From Cellvibrionales bacterium (GTDB lineage: Bacteria; Pseudomonadota; Gammaproteobacteria; Pseudomonadales; JAHEIH01), in contig JAHEIH010000006.1 in NCBI GenBank assembly GCA_024639455.1, positions 44,411 through 108,410 of the forward strand: a DNA stretch of 64,000 bases, written 5' to 3'. Shown here piece after piece: positions 36,302 through 46,878 of this stretch. The notes under the pieces are model-generated. The model was not told the origin of the DNA. It ran no database searches and saw only the letters and a program-made list of their open reading frames with translations. Numbering within the stretch: the stretch's first letter is position 1; the number at the start of each line of letters is the position of its first letter. The translations under genes were made by a program, and so were the position numbers.

Positions 36302-37477
36302 GTGTTGATAGGTTTTTTTCACAGCCTTCGCAACGCCGGGTTGCCGGTGAGCGTCAAGGAGTTGCTCGACCTGCACGGTGCGCTTAAGGAAGGGCTTGTT
36401 TTTGCTAATGTCGATGAATTTTACAGTCTGGCGCGCCTTGTCATGGTTAAAGACGAGAAGTACTACGATCGTTTTGACCGTGCCTTTGGCGCCTACTTTA
36501 AAGACCTTGAAAGCCTCGATGACTTGATAGAAGCGTTGATACCTGACGACTGGTTGCGCAAGGAATTTGAACGCCAACTCAGCGAGGAAGATCGCGCTAA
36601 GATTCAATCTTTAGGCGGGTTGGAGGAGCTTATCGAGGCCTTCAAAAAACGCCTTGAGGAGCAGAAAAAACGTCATCAGGGCGGTAATAAGTGGATCGGC
36701 ACGGGCGGAACCTCACCCTTTGGGCACGGTGGATACAACCCCGAAGGTATTCGTGTTGGTGGACAGGGCGAGCAGGGACGTGCTGTCAAGGTTTGGGAAA
36801 AACGCGATTTTCGCAACCTTGATGACAGTGTTGATCTCGGTACCCGAAACATCAAAATTGCCCTGCGCCGCCTGCGCAAGTTTGCACGTACAGGGGCGCA
36901 AGAAGAACTCGATATCAATGACACCATTCGCTCCACCGCACGCAATGCAGGTCTGTTAGATTTAAAAATGGTGCCCGAACGGCACAATACTATCAAAGTG
37001 TTGCTGTTTTTTGATGTGGGTGGTTCGATGGATCCCTACGTCAAAGTGTGTGAGGAACTTTTCTCCGCAGCGCGCAGTGAATTTAAGCACTTGGAGTATT
37101 TTTACTTTCACAATTTCGTCTACGAGTCAGTGTGGCGCAATAATGCGCGCCGCCATACTGAGCGTTTCTCTACGCTTGATGTTTTGCATAAGTACGCGTC
37201 AGACTATCGTGTGATATTTGTTGGTGACGCGAGTATGGCACCCTATGAGATCACCCACCCTGGAGGGTCTATCGAGCACTGGAACGAAGAGGCTGGACAG
37301 GTATGGCTGAAGCGCATTCTCGATACCTATCCTAAAGCGGTGTGGCTCAATCCCAGTAAGCAAGAGTATTGGTCTTTCACCCATTCGACTGCCATAACAA
37401 AACAGTTGATGGAAGAACGCATGCACCCGCTGACATTGTCAGGTCTAGACGAGGCGATGGCCTATCTATCGCGCTAG
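36302..37477 (+). CDS. CoxE-like VWA domain protein (partner of the MoxR ATPase)
   Basis: The N-terminal FFHSLRNAGLPVSVKELLDLHGAL resembles the CoxE family. The C-terminal VWA carries LLFFDVGGSMDPY. GTG start lies 3 nt after the ATPase stop. Confidence 0.75.
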   Translation: MLIGFFHSLRNAGLPVSVKELLDLHGALKEGLVFANVDEFYSLARLVMVKDEKYYDRFDRAFGAYFKDLESLDDLIEALIPDDWLRKEFERQLSEEDRAKIQSLGGLEELIEAFKKRLEEQKKRHQGGNKWIGTGGTSPFGHGGYNPEGIRVGGQGEQGRAVKVWEKRDFRNLDDSVDLGTRNIKIALRRLRKFARTGAQEELDINDTIRSTARNAGLLDLKMVPERHNTIKVLLFFDVGGSMDPYVKVCEELFSAARSEFKHLEYFYFHNFVYESVWRNNARRHTERFSTLDVLHKYASDYRVIFVGDASMAPYEITHPGGSIEHWNEEAGQVWLKRILDTYPKAVWLNPSKQEYWSFTHSTAITKQLMEERMHPLTLSGLDEAMAYLSR

Positions 37478-38227
37478 CTGTTGGCGAAAGGCGATCAACG
37501 AGGCGGTGACGGCGACATTGAGCGATTCCACTTGGTTGGCCATGGGAACCATTAATCGATGATCAGCGCTGTCTATGATGCTTTGTCGAACGCCTTCGGT
37601 TTCATTGCCGAGCACGTAAACGCTGTTGCCTTTTGCTGGGTAGTCGCCTAGCGCGTAACTGGCGTGGGATGATAATACGCAGCTTTGCCAGCCATGGCGC
37701 TGTAATTCGGTCAAGGTTGGGGCGAGCTCTTTGCAGCGAAAAATACGCGTGCGGAAGAGGGTACCTACACTCGCTTTGATCACTAGCGGATTGATATCGC
37801 AGCAGCCTTTTTCTGGCAGCAAAATACCGTACATGCCCGAGGCGCACACCGAGCGAATTATCATGCCCAGATTTTGGGGGTTGGTGATGCCATCGAGTGC
37901 TAACACTTCAGCGTCGGCAGGGGGATTGGCGAGGACGCTGGCATCATCGTAGAGGTCGCTGATAATGTCGGCGGCGACGCCTTGGTCTTGTTTACCATTA
38001 CGCGAGATGCGCGACAGCGCTTGTTTGCTGTGATACACCACTTCCACACCGCGTTTTGCAGCGAGACGAAGCATATCCAAAACGATACCCGCCGGTTTAT
38101 TACTTTCTGCTAAATGCAGGCGGTGGATGGGGAGGCTGTCGTCTTGCAGAGCTTCCAATACGGGTTTGCGGCCATAGATAGTGATCGCGCGGTTGTAGAA
38201 GGCTTTTTTCTCTTGGTAACTGGCCAT
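37466..38227 (-). CDS. TrmH/SpoU-family RNA 2'-O-methyltransferase
   Basis: SpoU blocks GITNPQNLGMIIRS, VYVLGNETEGV and MVPMANQVESLNVAVT. Confidence 0.82.
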   Translation of the reverse strand: MASYQEKKAFYNRAITIYGRKPVLEALQDDSLPIHRLHLAESNKPAGIVLDMLRLAAKRGVEVVYHSKQALSRISRNGKQDQGVAADIISDLYDDASVLANPPADAEVLALDGITNPQNLGMIIRSVCASGMYGILLPEKGCCDINPLVIKASVGTLFRTRIFRCKELAPTLTELQRHGWQSCVLSSHASYALGDYPAKGNSVYVLGNETEGVRQSIIDSADHRLMVPMANQVESLNVAVTASLIAFRQQLAR

Positions 38228-38316
38228 GTTGTGATCTCAACAAACAAAGTGCCATTGTACAACAATCGTCTCACGCTTGGCTTGTGATAGAATGCTGAGC
38301 AATTAAGGAGACTGCT

Positions 38317-38946
38317 ATGCCACTGAGAGATTTATTTGTTAATAACGCCGCCTGGGCCGAAGAAATGACCCGTGACGATCCGGCGTTTTTCAGTGCCTTA
38401 GCTGACCAGCAAACGCCACGCTACCTATGGATTGGCTGTGCCGATTCGCGCGTGCCGGCCAATGAGATTGTCGGCCTGCGCCCGGGTGAGTTGTTTGTTC
38501 ACCGCAACGTGGCCAACGTGGTTGTCCACTCCGACCTAAATTTTCTGTCAGTTTTACAGTATGCGGTGGAGGTGCTTAAGGTAGAGCACATTATGGTTAC
38601 CGGTCACTACGGCTGTGGTGGTGTGCGTGCCTCGATGCAAAACGAACAGTACGGCCTCATCGATAATTGGCTGCGTCATATTCGCGACGTTTACTACCGT
38701 CATCAGAGTGATTTGGATGATATTGAAGACGAGGATTTACGCGTAGATCGTATGTGCGAATTGAACGTGGTTGAGCAAATGGCCAATGTTTGCCATACCT
38801 CGATTGTTCAAGCGGCCTGGTCGCGCGGCCAAAAGATGTGGGTGCACGGTCTGATTTACAGTATTAAAGATGGCTTGTTGCACACCGTGTGCTCGTCGAT
38901 CAATGGGCCCGACAAAATGCCGCGCCCTTATCGCGTTACTCGTTAG
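38317..38946 (+). CDS. can: beta-class carbonic anhydrase
   Basis: Collinear with E. coli Can. WIGCADSRVP, GELFVHRNVAN and HYGCGG supply the zinc ligands. Confidence 0.9.
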   Translation: MPLRDLFVNNAAWAEEMTRDDPAFFSALADQQTPRYLWIGCADSRVPANEIVGLRPGELFVHRNVANVVVHSDLNFLSVLQYAVEVLKVEHIMVTGHYGCGGVRASMQNEQYGLIDNWLRHIRDVYYRHQSDLDDIEDEDLRVDRMCELNVVEQMANVCHTSIVQAAWSRGQKMWVHGLIYSIKDGLLHTVCSSINGPDKMPRPYRVTR

Positions 38947-39370
38947 GAAGTAAAAAGTGTGCCCGCGCGGTGGTGATTGGTTCGTCGAACGACGTCTGCC
39001 ACGCGGTAACCTGTACATTGGCGACGCGTTTACCTTGCCTTACCACGTGGCACTTGGCAAAGGTGTCCACGACCTTGGCCGAACGTAAATAGTCGAGCGA
39101 AAAGTCAACAATCTTGGGTAACTGCTCAATATCGCTGAGAAATGCGATGTGAAATCCCGCGGCTGCCTCCATAAATCCCCCTAGAACACCACCGTGAATG
39201 GCGGGTAGCAGTGGGTTGCCGATATTGTGTTGGCTAGCGGCGAGTTTGAATATCAGTTCATCACCCATGATGAGGCAGGACATGCCGAGCATTTTGGCAT
39301 AGGGGACGCTGTCGATGGCGCGTTGAAATTCACCGCTGCGACGCGCTTCTAACATGGTTTCACGCATCAT
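38936..39370 (-). CDS. PaaI/YbdB-type hotdog-fold thioesterase
   Basis: 144 aa. The IHGGVLGGFME block is typical of PaaI-family hotdog thioesterases. Confidence 0.7.
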   Translation of the reverse strand: MMRETMLEARRSGEFQRAIDSVPYAKMLGMSCLIMGDELIFKLAASQHNIGNPLLPAIHGGVLGGFMEAAAGFHIAFLSDIEQLPKIVDFSLDYLRSAKVVDTFAKCHVVRQGKRVANVQVTAWQTSFDEPITTARAHFLLPNE

Positions 39371-39798
39371 GTGTTAAGCCCTCGATGCTTAACAATCATG
39401 AAGGTCGCTACAGCGTGAGCTAGGATGGTTTCGCTGCCTTCTTCAATGGCTACGCCGCGGATAAAGGCGATGCTAGGGGTCACCCGATAAGCTTCGGCCT
39501 TAGCAATAATGTCGCGCTTGGCGACAGCCGCTGTCATGTGGTCGATGCGCAAATCTAGTGTTGGGTTGGGTTCGACTTTGCCACGTGCCCAGGCCATGGC
39601 CATCCCGCAGCATGTGTCCATCAACGTTGTGATAGAGCCACCGTGGATCACGCCAGTCTCCGGATTACCTATGATTTTGTCGCTGTAAGGCAGGCGCATG
39701 ATCACCTCGTCGCCTTCCACGCCTTCAAACATGATGCCGAGGAAATTAACATGTGGGATTTGATTGAAAAGCTCGAAGCCCTTGGCGATATCGATCAC
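39367..39798 (-). CDS. PaaI/YbdB-type hotdog-fold thioesterase (second copy)
   Basis: [13 protein letters not shown] block. Start trimmed to GTG 39798 (GTGA overlap with the pdxH stop), giving 144 aa, the same length as its neighbour. Confidence 0.7.
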   Translation of the reverse strand: MIDIAKGFELFNQIPHVNFLGIMFEGVEGDEVIMRLPYSDKIIGNPETGVIHGGSITTLMDTCCGMAMAWARGKVEPNPTLDLRIDHMTAAVAKRDIIAKAEAYRVTPSIAFIRGVAIEEGSETILAHAVATFMIVKHRGLNT

Positions 39799-40442
39799 GG
39801 CGCGAGTCGCTCGATATCCCAGCCCGTATCTGCTCGACGATAGAGAAAGCGGTCGTGCAGACGGTTTTCTCCGCCCTGCCAAAATTCAATGCTGTGGGGC
39901 TCAACGCGGTAGCCACCCCAAAAGTCAGGGTAGGGGATCTCTCCGTGCTTAAACTTTTCTTTCATATGCAAAAACTGGCTTTCCAAAAACTGACGGGTAG
40001 TAATCTTGCGGCTCTGTTGCGATGCCCATGCGGCTAGTTGTGAGTCTGCCGGACGCGACAGGAAATAATTCATGCTTTCTTTTGTGGGGATGCGGCAGGC
40101 AGTACCTTTTACAATGACCTGGCGGTCGAGTTCTATCCAAGGGAAGTGCAGGCTAACGTTTGGATTTTGGTCGATGTCGCGCGCTTTGTTAGAGCCGTAA
40201 TTGGTAAAAAACACAAAGCCATGTTCGTCTAAGTGCTTTAATAGTACGATACGTTGCGAGGGTTGCCCGTCGGCGTCGACCGTGGCGACAGACATTCCGG
40301 TAGGATCGCTCAAGCCAGCATCTACCGCCTGCTGTAACCAACCGTTGAACTGTTCGAGTGGGTTTTCGTTGAGGTCGGCGCGGTGTAGACCGCCCTTGGT
40401 GTATTCGCGCCGAAGATTTTCTAGAACAATTCCCATGGTCAT
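39795..40442 (-). CDS. pdxH: pyridoxamine/pyridoxine 5'-phosphate oxidase
   Basis: Blocks [18 protein letters not shown] and IEFWQGG..RLHDR..Y. Confidence 0.92.
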   Translation of the reverse strand: MTMGIVLENLRREYTKGGLHRADLNENPLEQFNGWLQQAVDAGLSDPTGMSVATVDADGQPSQRIVLLKHLDEHGFVFFTNYGSNKARDIDQNPNVSLHFPWIELDRQVIVKGTACRIPTKESMNYFLSRPADSQLAAWASQQSRKITTRQFLESQFLHMKEKFKHGEIPYPDFWGGYRVEPHSIEFWQGGENRLHDRFLYRRADTGWDIERLAP

Positions 40443-40524
40443 CCCTTCTTATTCAAGACTTTGTTATTATACTCGCCGTCCGATGAATTTCCGACTCTGT
40501 TTAAGCCATTTTTGAGATATCGCC

Positions 40525-41112
40525 ATGACCACAGCCCTGATGAGCTTCCCCCAGTCTGAACAATTGGAAGACGCGTCCAAACGTATTTTTGCAGCCTGTT
40601 TGATCCAGCGCATGTTGCCCAACTATTTGTTGTTCTGTGAAGCCTTTGACGCTGGTGATGCTAGGGTAGCCAAGGCTATCGTCGATGTTGTGTGGGAAAA
40701 GATCACGCTGCCGCAAGCGGCTGTAAATATGGCGGCGCAACTGGATAAGTTAGAAGCGATTACTCCAAATGTTGATGACTTCGATGGTTTTGGTGTGTTC
40801 CCTGCCAGTGATTTTTGTGTGGCTTTGGGCGAATTACTAGAAAATTTCGACGCCTTTAACGACGACATGTTAATCGCGTTAAGCCACATTAGCTCAGAGG
40901 GCATTACTGCTTTATTAGACGTGCAGGGCGAGGATTTAGACCAGCTCAGCATGCACCCGCTGTGGCAGGAAGAGGCTTTTTTTCAGCGCGAAGTATACAA
41001 CCGCTTGTACGACATGCAGCTTGCCGCCGCTGACCGCCGAGCGCAGTTGAAATCGCTGCGTGAATACAGCCGCAATGACGGTGTGAGTAACCTAGGGATT
41101 TCTCTCGATTAA
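40525..41112 (+). CDS. yjaG: YjaG (DUF416) family protein
   Basis: Collinear resemblance to E. coli YjaG: ...RMLPNY.LFC..., VDDFDGFGVFPA.D.CVAL.EL. Confidence 0.75.
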   Translation: MTTALMSFPQSEQLEDASKRIFAACLIQRMLPNYLLFCEAFDAGDARVAKAIVDVVWEKITLPQAAVNMAAQLDKLEAITPNVDDFDGFGVFPASDFCVALGELLENFDAFNDDMLIALSHISSEGITALLDVQGEDLDQLSMHPLWQEEAFFQREVYNRLYDMQLAAADRRAQLKSLREYSRNDGVSNLGISLD

Positions 41113-41366
41113 TGCACCTCGTGCTCTACACAACACTTGGATGTCACCTGTGTGAGCAGGTCGAAGCAATGCTCGATCATCTCGCGTCGGCCTTTCCTCA
41201 CCAATTACAAAAATGCGATATTGCCGAAGACGATGCGCTACTAGAGATCTATGCCACCGAGATACCGGTGCTGTTTCGTCCAGATATCGATATGGAAATC
41301 GCCTGGCCATTCGAAATAGAGCAGTTGGCACAGTTTTTAGCTCTACCTTCTGGCGCTGTTTTGTAG
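41112..41366 (+). CDS. glutaredoxin-like protein (DUF836)
   Basis: 84 aa. The LYTTLGCHLCEQ CxxC motif near the N-terminus and IPVL later. Confidence 0.7.
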   Translation: MHLVLYTTLGCHLCEQVEAMLDHLASAFPHQLQKCDIAEDDALLEIYATEIPVLFRPDIDMEIAWPFEIEQLAQFLALPSGAVL

Positions 41367-41412
41367 CAGAATAGAGCTCGTTAATTTTTCAACCTATGAT
41401 TACGAGGTAGCA

Positions 41413-41745
41413 ATGCTGTTATTCATTTCTTCTGCCATGGCACAACAAGCGGGCCAAGTGCCAGAAAATGCCGCCGCCATTCAATTTGGCTTTTTAATTC
41501 TGTTGTTTGTGGTGTTTTATTTTGTGGCAATTCGCCCCCAGCGCAAGCGTCAAAAAGATCACGAAAAAATGATGGGCGAGTTGAGCAAAGGTGACGAAGT
41601 GGCCACCATTGCAGGCCTGTTAGGCAAGGTGACTAAGTTGGAAGACAGCTATGTCGTGCTTCAGGTAGCCGACAACGTTGAAATGAAATTCCAAAAGCAT
41701 GCCGTATCTGGCATCCTGCCAAAAGGCACACTAAAGTCTATCTAA
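41413..41745 (+). CDS. yajC: preprotein translocase accessory subunit YajC
   Basis: One TM helix, then the RPQRKRQKDHEKMM..L.KGDEV.T.GG..G.V block. Confidence 0.88.
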   Translation: MLLFISSAMAQQAGQVPENAAAIQFGFLILLFVVFYFVAIRPQRKRQKDHEKMMGELSKGDEVATIAGLLGKVTKLEDSYVVLQVADNVEMKFQKHAVSGILPKGTLKSI

Positions 41746-41754
41746 GTGATACGC

Positions 41755-41785
41755 GTGCTCTTCCGGCCGGAAGAGCACCATTTTT
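41755..41785 (+). terminator. rho-independent terminator after yajC
   Basis: Perfect 12-bp palindrome GTGCTCTTCCGG/CCGGAAGAGCAC followed by cattttt. Confidence 0.8.
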
Positions 41786-41802
41786 ACCACAAGGAGCTAG
41801 GT

Positions 41803-42795
41803 GTGTTTCCATCGACCCCCGATCGTTTGTCGCTTGCGCTTCTTCCCACGCCACTGCAGCCTCTCAGCAGCATTTCACGCCAACTGGGTAGTCATCGTAT
41901 CTGGATAAAACGCGATGATCTGACCGAAGCGGTGTCAACGGGGAATAAGATCCGCAAGCTTGAGTTTATCTTCGCCGCCGCCATCGCCAACGGCTGTGAC
42001 ACGGTCATTACCTGTGGTGGCTTACAATCCAATCATTGTCGCGCTACGGCGGCGCTCGGCGCCCGCTTGGGGCTCAAGATTCACCTAGTTTTACGCGGCG
42101 AACCTAGTGCCGACGCCGATGGCAACTTGTTATTGGATAAACTGTTCGGTGCTGAGATTTCCTATTACCAAGAGCGTGAATATTTTGCCAATTTATCCGC
42201 TATTTTCGATGAATTAGTGGCTGAGTATGCAGAGCGCGGCCACAAGGCCTGGACCGTGCCAACCGGTGCCAGCGACGGAGTGGGTATTTGGGGCTATATT
42301 CACGCCTGCGAAGAGTTGCGTCACAACTTTAAGCAAGCGGGTATCGCACCGCAGCATATTGTTTGCGCAAGCGGCTCTGGGGGTACGCAGGCAGGCTTGA
42401 CGGTCGGCGCGGTTGCTCATCATCTGCATGCTCAAGTGCACGGTGTGGCGGTGTGCGACGATGCTCAATATTTCATTGATAAAGTAAACGAAGATATCGA
42501 TGAATGGCAGCAGCGCTATGGGCAATGGACCCTTCGTAAACAGCTACAGATCAGTGTCTTCGATGACTATATTGGTCCCTGTTATGGCGAGGCCGGCCCC
42601 GAAATTTATCGGACCATCGAACATGTAGCTCGCACTGAGGGTATTCTTCTCGACCCTGTTTACACGGGTAAAGCCTTTTATGGCATGCTCAAAGAGGTAC
42701 AAAAGGGCACTTTTGGCGAGTCGGGCGATATTGTATTTATACACACTGGGGGTAGCTTTGGTGTCTTTCCCCACCGCAATCATTTTTCCGGCTAG
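41803..42795 (+). CDS. PLP-dependent D-cysteine desulfhydrase / ACC deaminase family enzyme
   Basis: The TGNKIRKLEF block carries the PLP lysine. Start moved from GTG 41746 (inside the yajC terminator) to GTG 41803, behind an aaggag SD. Confidence 0.78.
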   Translation: MFPSTPDRLSLALLPTPLQPLSSISRQLGSHRIWIKRDDLTEAVSTGNKIRKLEFIFAAAIANGCDTVITCGGLQSNHCRATAALGARLGLKIHLVLRGEPSADADGNLLLDKLFGAEISYYQEREYFANLSAIFDELVAEYAERGHKAWTVPTGASDGVGIWGYIHACEELRHNFKQAGIAPQHIVCASGSGGTQAGLTVGAVAHHLHAQVHGVAVCDDAQYFIDKVNEDIDEWQQRYGQWTLRKQLQISVFDDYIGPCYGEAGPEIYRTIEHVARTEGILLDPVYTGKAFYGMLKEVQKGTFGESGDIVFIHTGGSFGVFPHRNHFSG

Positions 42796-42806
42796 TAGGA
42801 GTCGCT

Positions 42807-43715
42807 ATGCCTGTGACCTTTGACAACAAATTGGTGGTGGGTATTTCATCGCGCGCACTGTTTGACTTAGATGACAGCCACAAGGTCTATATTGATCAGG
42901 GGCTAGAAGCTTATAGTCAGTACCAAATTGACCATGAGAATGATTTGCTGCCCAAAGGGGTCGCCTTTGCGATGGTGCAAAAGCTGCTCAACATCGATGC
43001 CCACCTCGGTGGTCATCGGGTGGAAGTGATTCTGTTGTCGCGTAACAGCGCGGATACTGGCCTGCGGGTGTTTAATTCCATCCAACACTACGGGCTGAAT
43101 ATTTCTCGCGCCTCGTTTTCTGGCGGCGGTAGCCCATATCGCTACGTGTCGACCTTTGGTTGCCACTTGTTTTTGTCGACCGAACCCGAGGATGTTCGTC
43201 AGGCGTTGGAAAAAAACGTAGCGGCCGCAACGCTGATCCCCTCCCGCAAATCAGCCGACCCTGAAAATGACAATCTATGTATTGCCTTTGATGGGGATGC
43301 GGTGATTTTTTCCGACGAAGCTGAGCGTATTTACCAGGAGTCTGGTCTGGATGCTTTCGTGGCAAGTGAACGCAGTGCCGCAAAAACGCCCCTGAGTGGT
43401 GGCCCCTTCAAACCCTTCCTGCACGCCTTGAACCAGTTGCAGCAAGACTTGGGGGATAGCCCATTGCTTCGGACGGCGTTGGTCACGGCGCGGTCGGCAC
43501 CGGCGCACGAGAGAGTAATTTTAACCCTTCGTGAGTGGGGGATTCGTCTTGATGAAGCCTTGTTCCTGGGTGGTTTAGACAAGACCGAGTTCCTAAAAGC
43601 CTTCGGTGCGGATATGTTTTTTGACGACCAGGAGGGCCATGTCAGTCGTGCCAGTGGCTCGATTAGTGCGGGCCATGTGCCGCACGGTGTGGCAAATCCC
43701 CCCCCAAAGGCTTAG
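42807..43715 (+). CDS. 5'-nucleotidase family protein (PF06189-like)
   Basis: By memory, VVGISSRALFDL..., IAFDGDAVIFSDE and FFDDQ resemble the bacterial cytosolic 5'-nucleotidase family. Confidence 0.6.
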   Translation: MPVTFDNKLVVGISSRALFDLDDSHKVYIDQGLEAYSQYQIDHENDLLPKGVAFAMVQKLLNIDAHLGGHRVEVILLSRNSADTGLRVFNSIQHYGLNISRASFSGGGSPYRYVSTFGCHLFLSTEPEDVRQALEKNVAAATLIPSRKSADPENDNLCIAFDGDAVIFSDEAERIYQESGLDAFVASERSAAKTPLSGGPFKPFLHALNQLQQDLGDSPLLRTALVTARSAPAHERVILTLREWGIRLDEALFLGGLDKTEFLKAFGADMFFDDQEGHVSRASGSISAGHVPHGVANPPPKA

Positions 43716-43802
43716 CTTTATTCTATTTGGTCGATTTTTAACGTTCTTTTATTTGTTTTTCTTATAAGTTGAACTATCATAATGTTAACCTAATGGAACT
43801 AA

Positions 43803-44801
<999 letters not shown>

Positions 44802-44907
44802 CTTCATTTCCTTCCTGTTGTGCGCAGATAAGCGGTTGCGCTATCTGCACCATACCTGTATCTTCTCGGCCACTTAAAACTGACCAGTTAAGACATAGGA
44901 GCTCGTT

Positions 44908-45528
44908 TTGGAAATCGCATGTTTAGACCTTGAGGGTGTCCTCATCCCAGAAGTTTGGATTAACTTTGCCGAGAAAACGGGTATCGATGAATTGCGTGCC
45001 ACTACCCGCGATATTCCTGACTACGATGTTTTGATGCGCCAGCGTTTGAAAATTCTCGATCAACACGGTTACGGCTTGAAAGAAATTCAAGAAGTGATCA
45101 GTACGCTCGAACCTATGGAAGGGGCGCTGGAGTTTTTAAATTGGTTGCGAGAGCGTTTTCAAGTGGTGATTTTGTCGGATACGTTCTATGAGTTTGGTAT
45201 GCCCTTTATGAAGCAGTTGGGCTATCCCACGTTATTGTGCCACAAGTTAGAAGTGGATCCTGAGACAGGTCGCATCGTGGATTATAAATTACGTCAGTCG
45301 AACCCGAAGCGTCAAGCAGTCATCGGATTCCACTCTATGTACTATCGCACCATCGCGACCGGTGATTCATACAACGATACCACCATGCTGGCGGAAGCCG
45401 ATGCGGGCATCTTGTTCAAAGCACCTGCTAACGTGATCGCGGAATTTCCTGAGTTCCCCGCCGTTCACACCTACGAAGATCTGAAAAAAGAGTTCGTTAA
45501 AGCCAGCCGTCGCGGCGTGAGCCTGTAG
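44908..45528 (+). CDS. thrH: bifunctional phosphoserine phosphatase / homoserine phosphotransferase ThrH
   Basis: TTG start. (M)EIACLDLEGVLIPEVWINFAEKTGIDELRATTRDIPDYDVLM... is collinear with Pseudomonas aeruginosa ThrH as I recall it. Confidence 0.8.
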   Translation: MEIACLDLEGVLIPEVWINFAEKTGIDELRATTRDIPDYDVLMRQRLKILDQHGYGLKEIQEVISTLEPMEGALEFLNWLRERFQVVILSDTFYEFGMPFMKQLGYPTLLCHKLEVDPETGRIVDYKLRQSNPKRQAVIGFHSMYYRTIATGDSYNDTTMLAEADAGILFKAPANVIAEFPEFPAVHTYEDLKKEFVKASRRGVSL

Positions 45529-46878
45529 TCAGGGCTCCGTCAAAAACTGCTGCTCGAGCGTTGTCATAAAACGCTCGACTTTCTGGATGGATTCGTTGTA
45601 TTCGCTGTTCCACAGCGAATCCACCACCAAACCGCCGCCGCCCCAACAGTTGATTTGCTCGTCGCATACCACGAAGGTGCGGATGCATATGCTGCTGTCC
45701 ATATTTCCGTCAGCGCTAAGATAGAACATGCTGCCACAATAGACGCAGCGCTGGGTCGCTTCTAGCTCCTTGATAATTTCCATGGCGCGGCGTTTCGGAG
45801 CGCCGGTAATTGATCCGCCAGGAAAGCAGGCTTGTAGAATATCGACGGCGTCGGATTCGGGGGCTAATTCACCGCTGATGGTACTCACGAGGTGGTGCAC
45901 GTTGCTGTAGCTTTCCAGTTCGAATAATTTGTCGACGACGACCGACCCCGGCACGCTGTGGCGGCCGATGTCGTTGCGCATCAGGTCGACAATCATCAGG
46001 TTTTCCGCCATGTCTTTTTCACTGTTACACAAGGCTTTTGCACGTTCAGAGTCAATGAACGCGTCGCTGTGGCGGGGTTGAGTGCCTTTGATGGGCTTGG
46101 TTTCTATATGGCGTCCATGAAGTTTGATAAATCGCTCTGGCGATACCGACAACACCGTCCCCTGCGGAATATTAAAGTAGGCACTGAATGGCGCTTTGGC
46201 CACATGGCGTAGCGCTTGGTAGGCGGGCCATGGGTCGCCAGAAAAGTGCGCCGAAAAGTGCTGGGTGTAATTTACTTGATAGCAGTCGCCCGCCAAGATG
46301 TAGGCCTGGATGCGTTCGAAATCACTTTTATAGCGCTCTTTGCTGATTGTTCGACTAAATTTGCCGCCAAGCACAGGCGGGTTGTGGCAGGTATTGTCTT
46401 CGCTAGACGAAAGAAAGAGTTCGCGCAGTGCAGCCTGCTCGGTCTCGCTGATTTTGGGCGAACATACCAACAGGCAGCGGCGTCTGCGATGGTCTTGGAT
46501 GAGTGCCCACGGGTAGATACCAATGCAGCTTTTCGGAAAGGCAAATGTTTCCTGCGGGTTGTCCTGAACTGGAATATCAGCGTCGCTTAAATCGTAGCTT
46601 AAAAAGCCAATGGCACCGCCGATGAAAGGCAGGTTTGGATCTGGGCTATGGCTCTCGCCAAAATATGCATTTAATGTTGAGCGCAAGTCTGAGAACACTG
46701 AATTGTCATCGCCGCTTAGTACCTCAACAGGATCGGCGGCCATAATATCAAATCGGCCTTTGTAGCCATCAGGAAAGCACGAATCCAGCCAGACGGCGTA
46801 GTCGCGAGAACGTATCTTGGCGAACAATTCACTAGAATGTTTGTGGTAGGGCAGTTCGTAGAGGACAGCTGAGCTCAA
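45529..46878 (-). CDS. pabB: aminodeoxychorismate synthase component I
   Basis: Chorismate-binding blocks SPERF, PIKGT, GGSITGAPK and GGGLVVDS. The 449-aa size is typical of PabB. Confidence 0.82.
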   Translation of the reverse strand: MSSAVLYELPYHKHSSELFAKIRSRDYAVWLDSCFPDGYKGRFDIMAADPVEVLSGDDNSVFSDLRSTLNAYFGESHSPDPNLPFIGGAIGFLSYDLSDADIPVQDNPQETFAFPKSCIGIYPWALIQDHRRRRCLLVCSPKISETEQAALRELFLSSSEDNTCHNPPVLGGKFSRTISKERYKSDFERIQAYILAGDCYQVNYTQHFSAHFSGDPWPAYQALRHVAKAPFSAYFNIPQGTVLSVSPERFIKLHGRHIETKPIKGTQPRHSDAFIDSERAKALCNSEKDMAENLMIVDLMRNDIGRHSVPGSVVVDKLFELESYSNVHHLVSTISGELAPESDAVDILQACFPGGSITGAPKRRAMEIIKELEATQRCVYCGSMFYLSADGNMDSSICIRTFVVCDEQINCWGGGGLVVDSLWNSEYNESIQKVERFMTTLEQQFLTEP

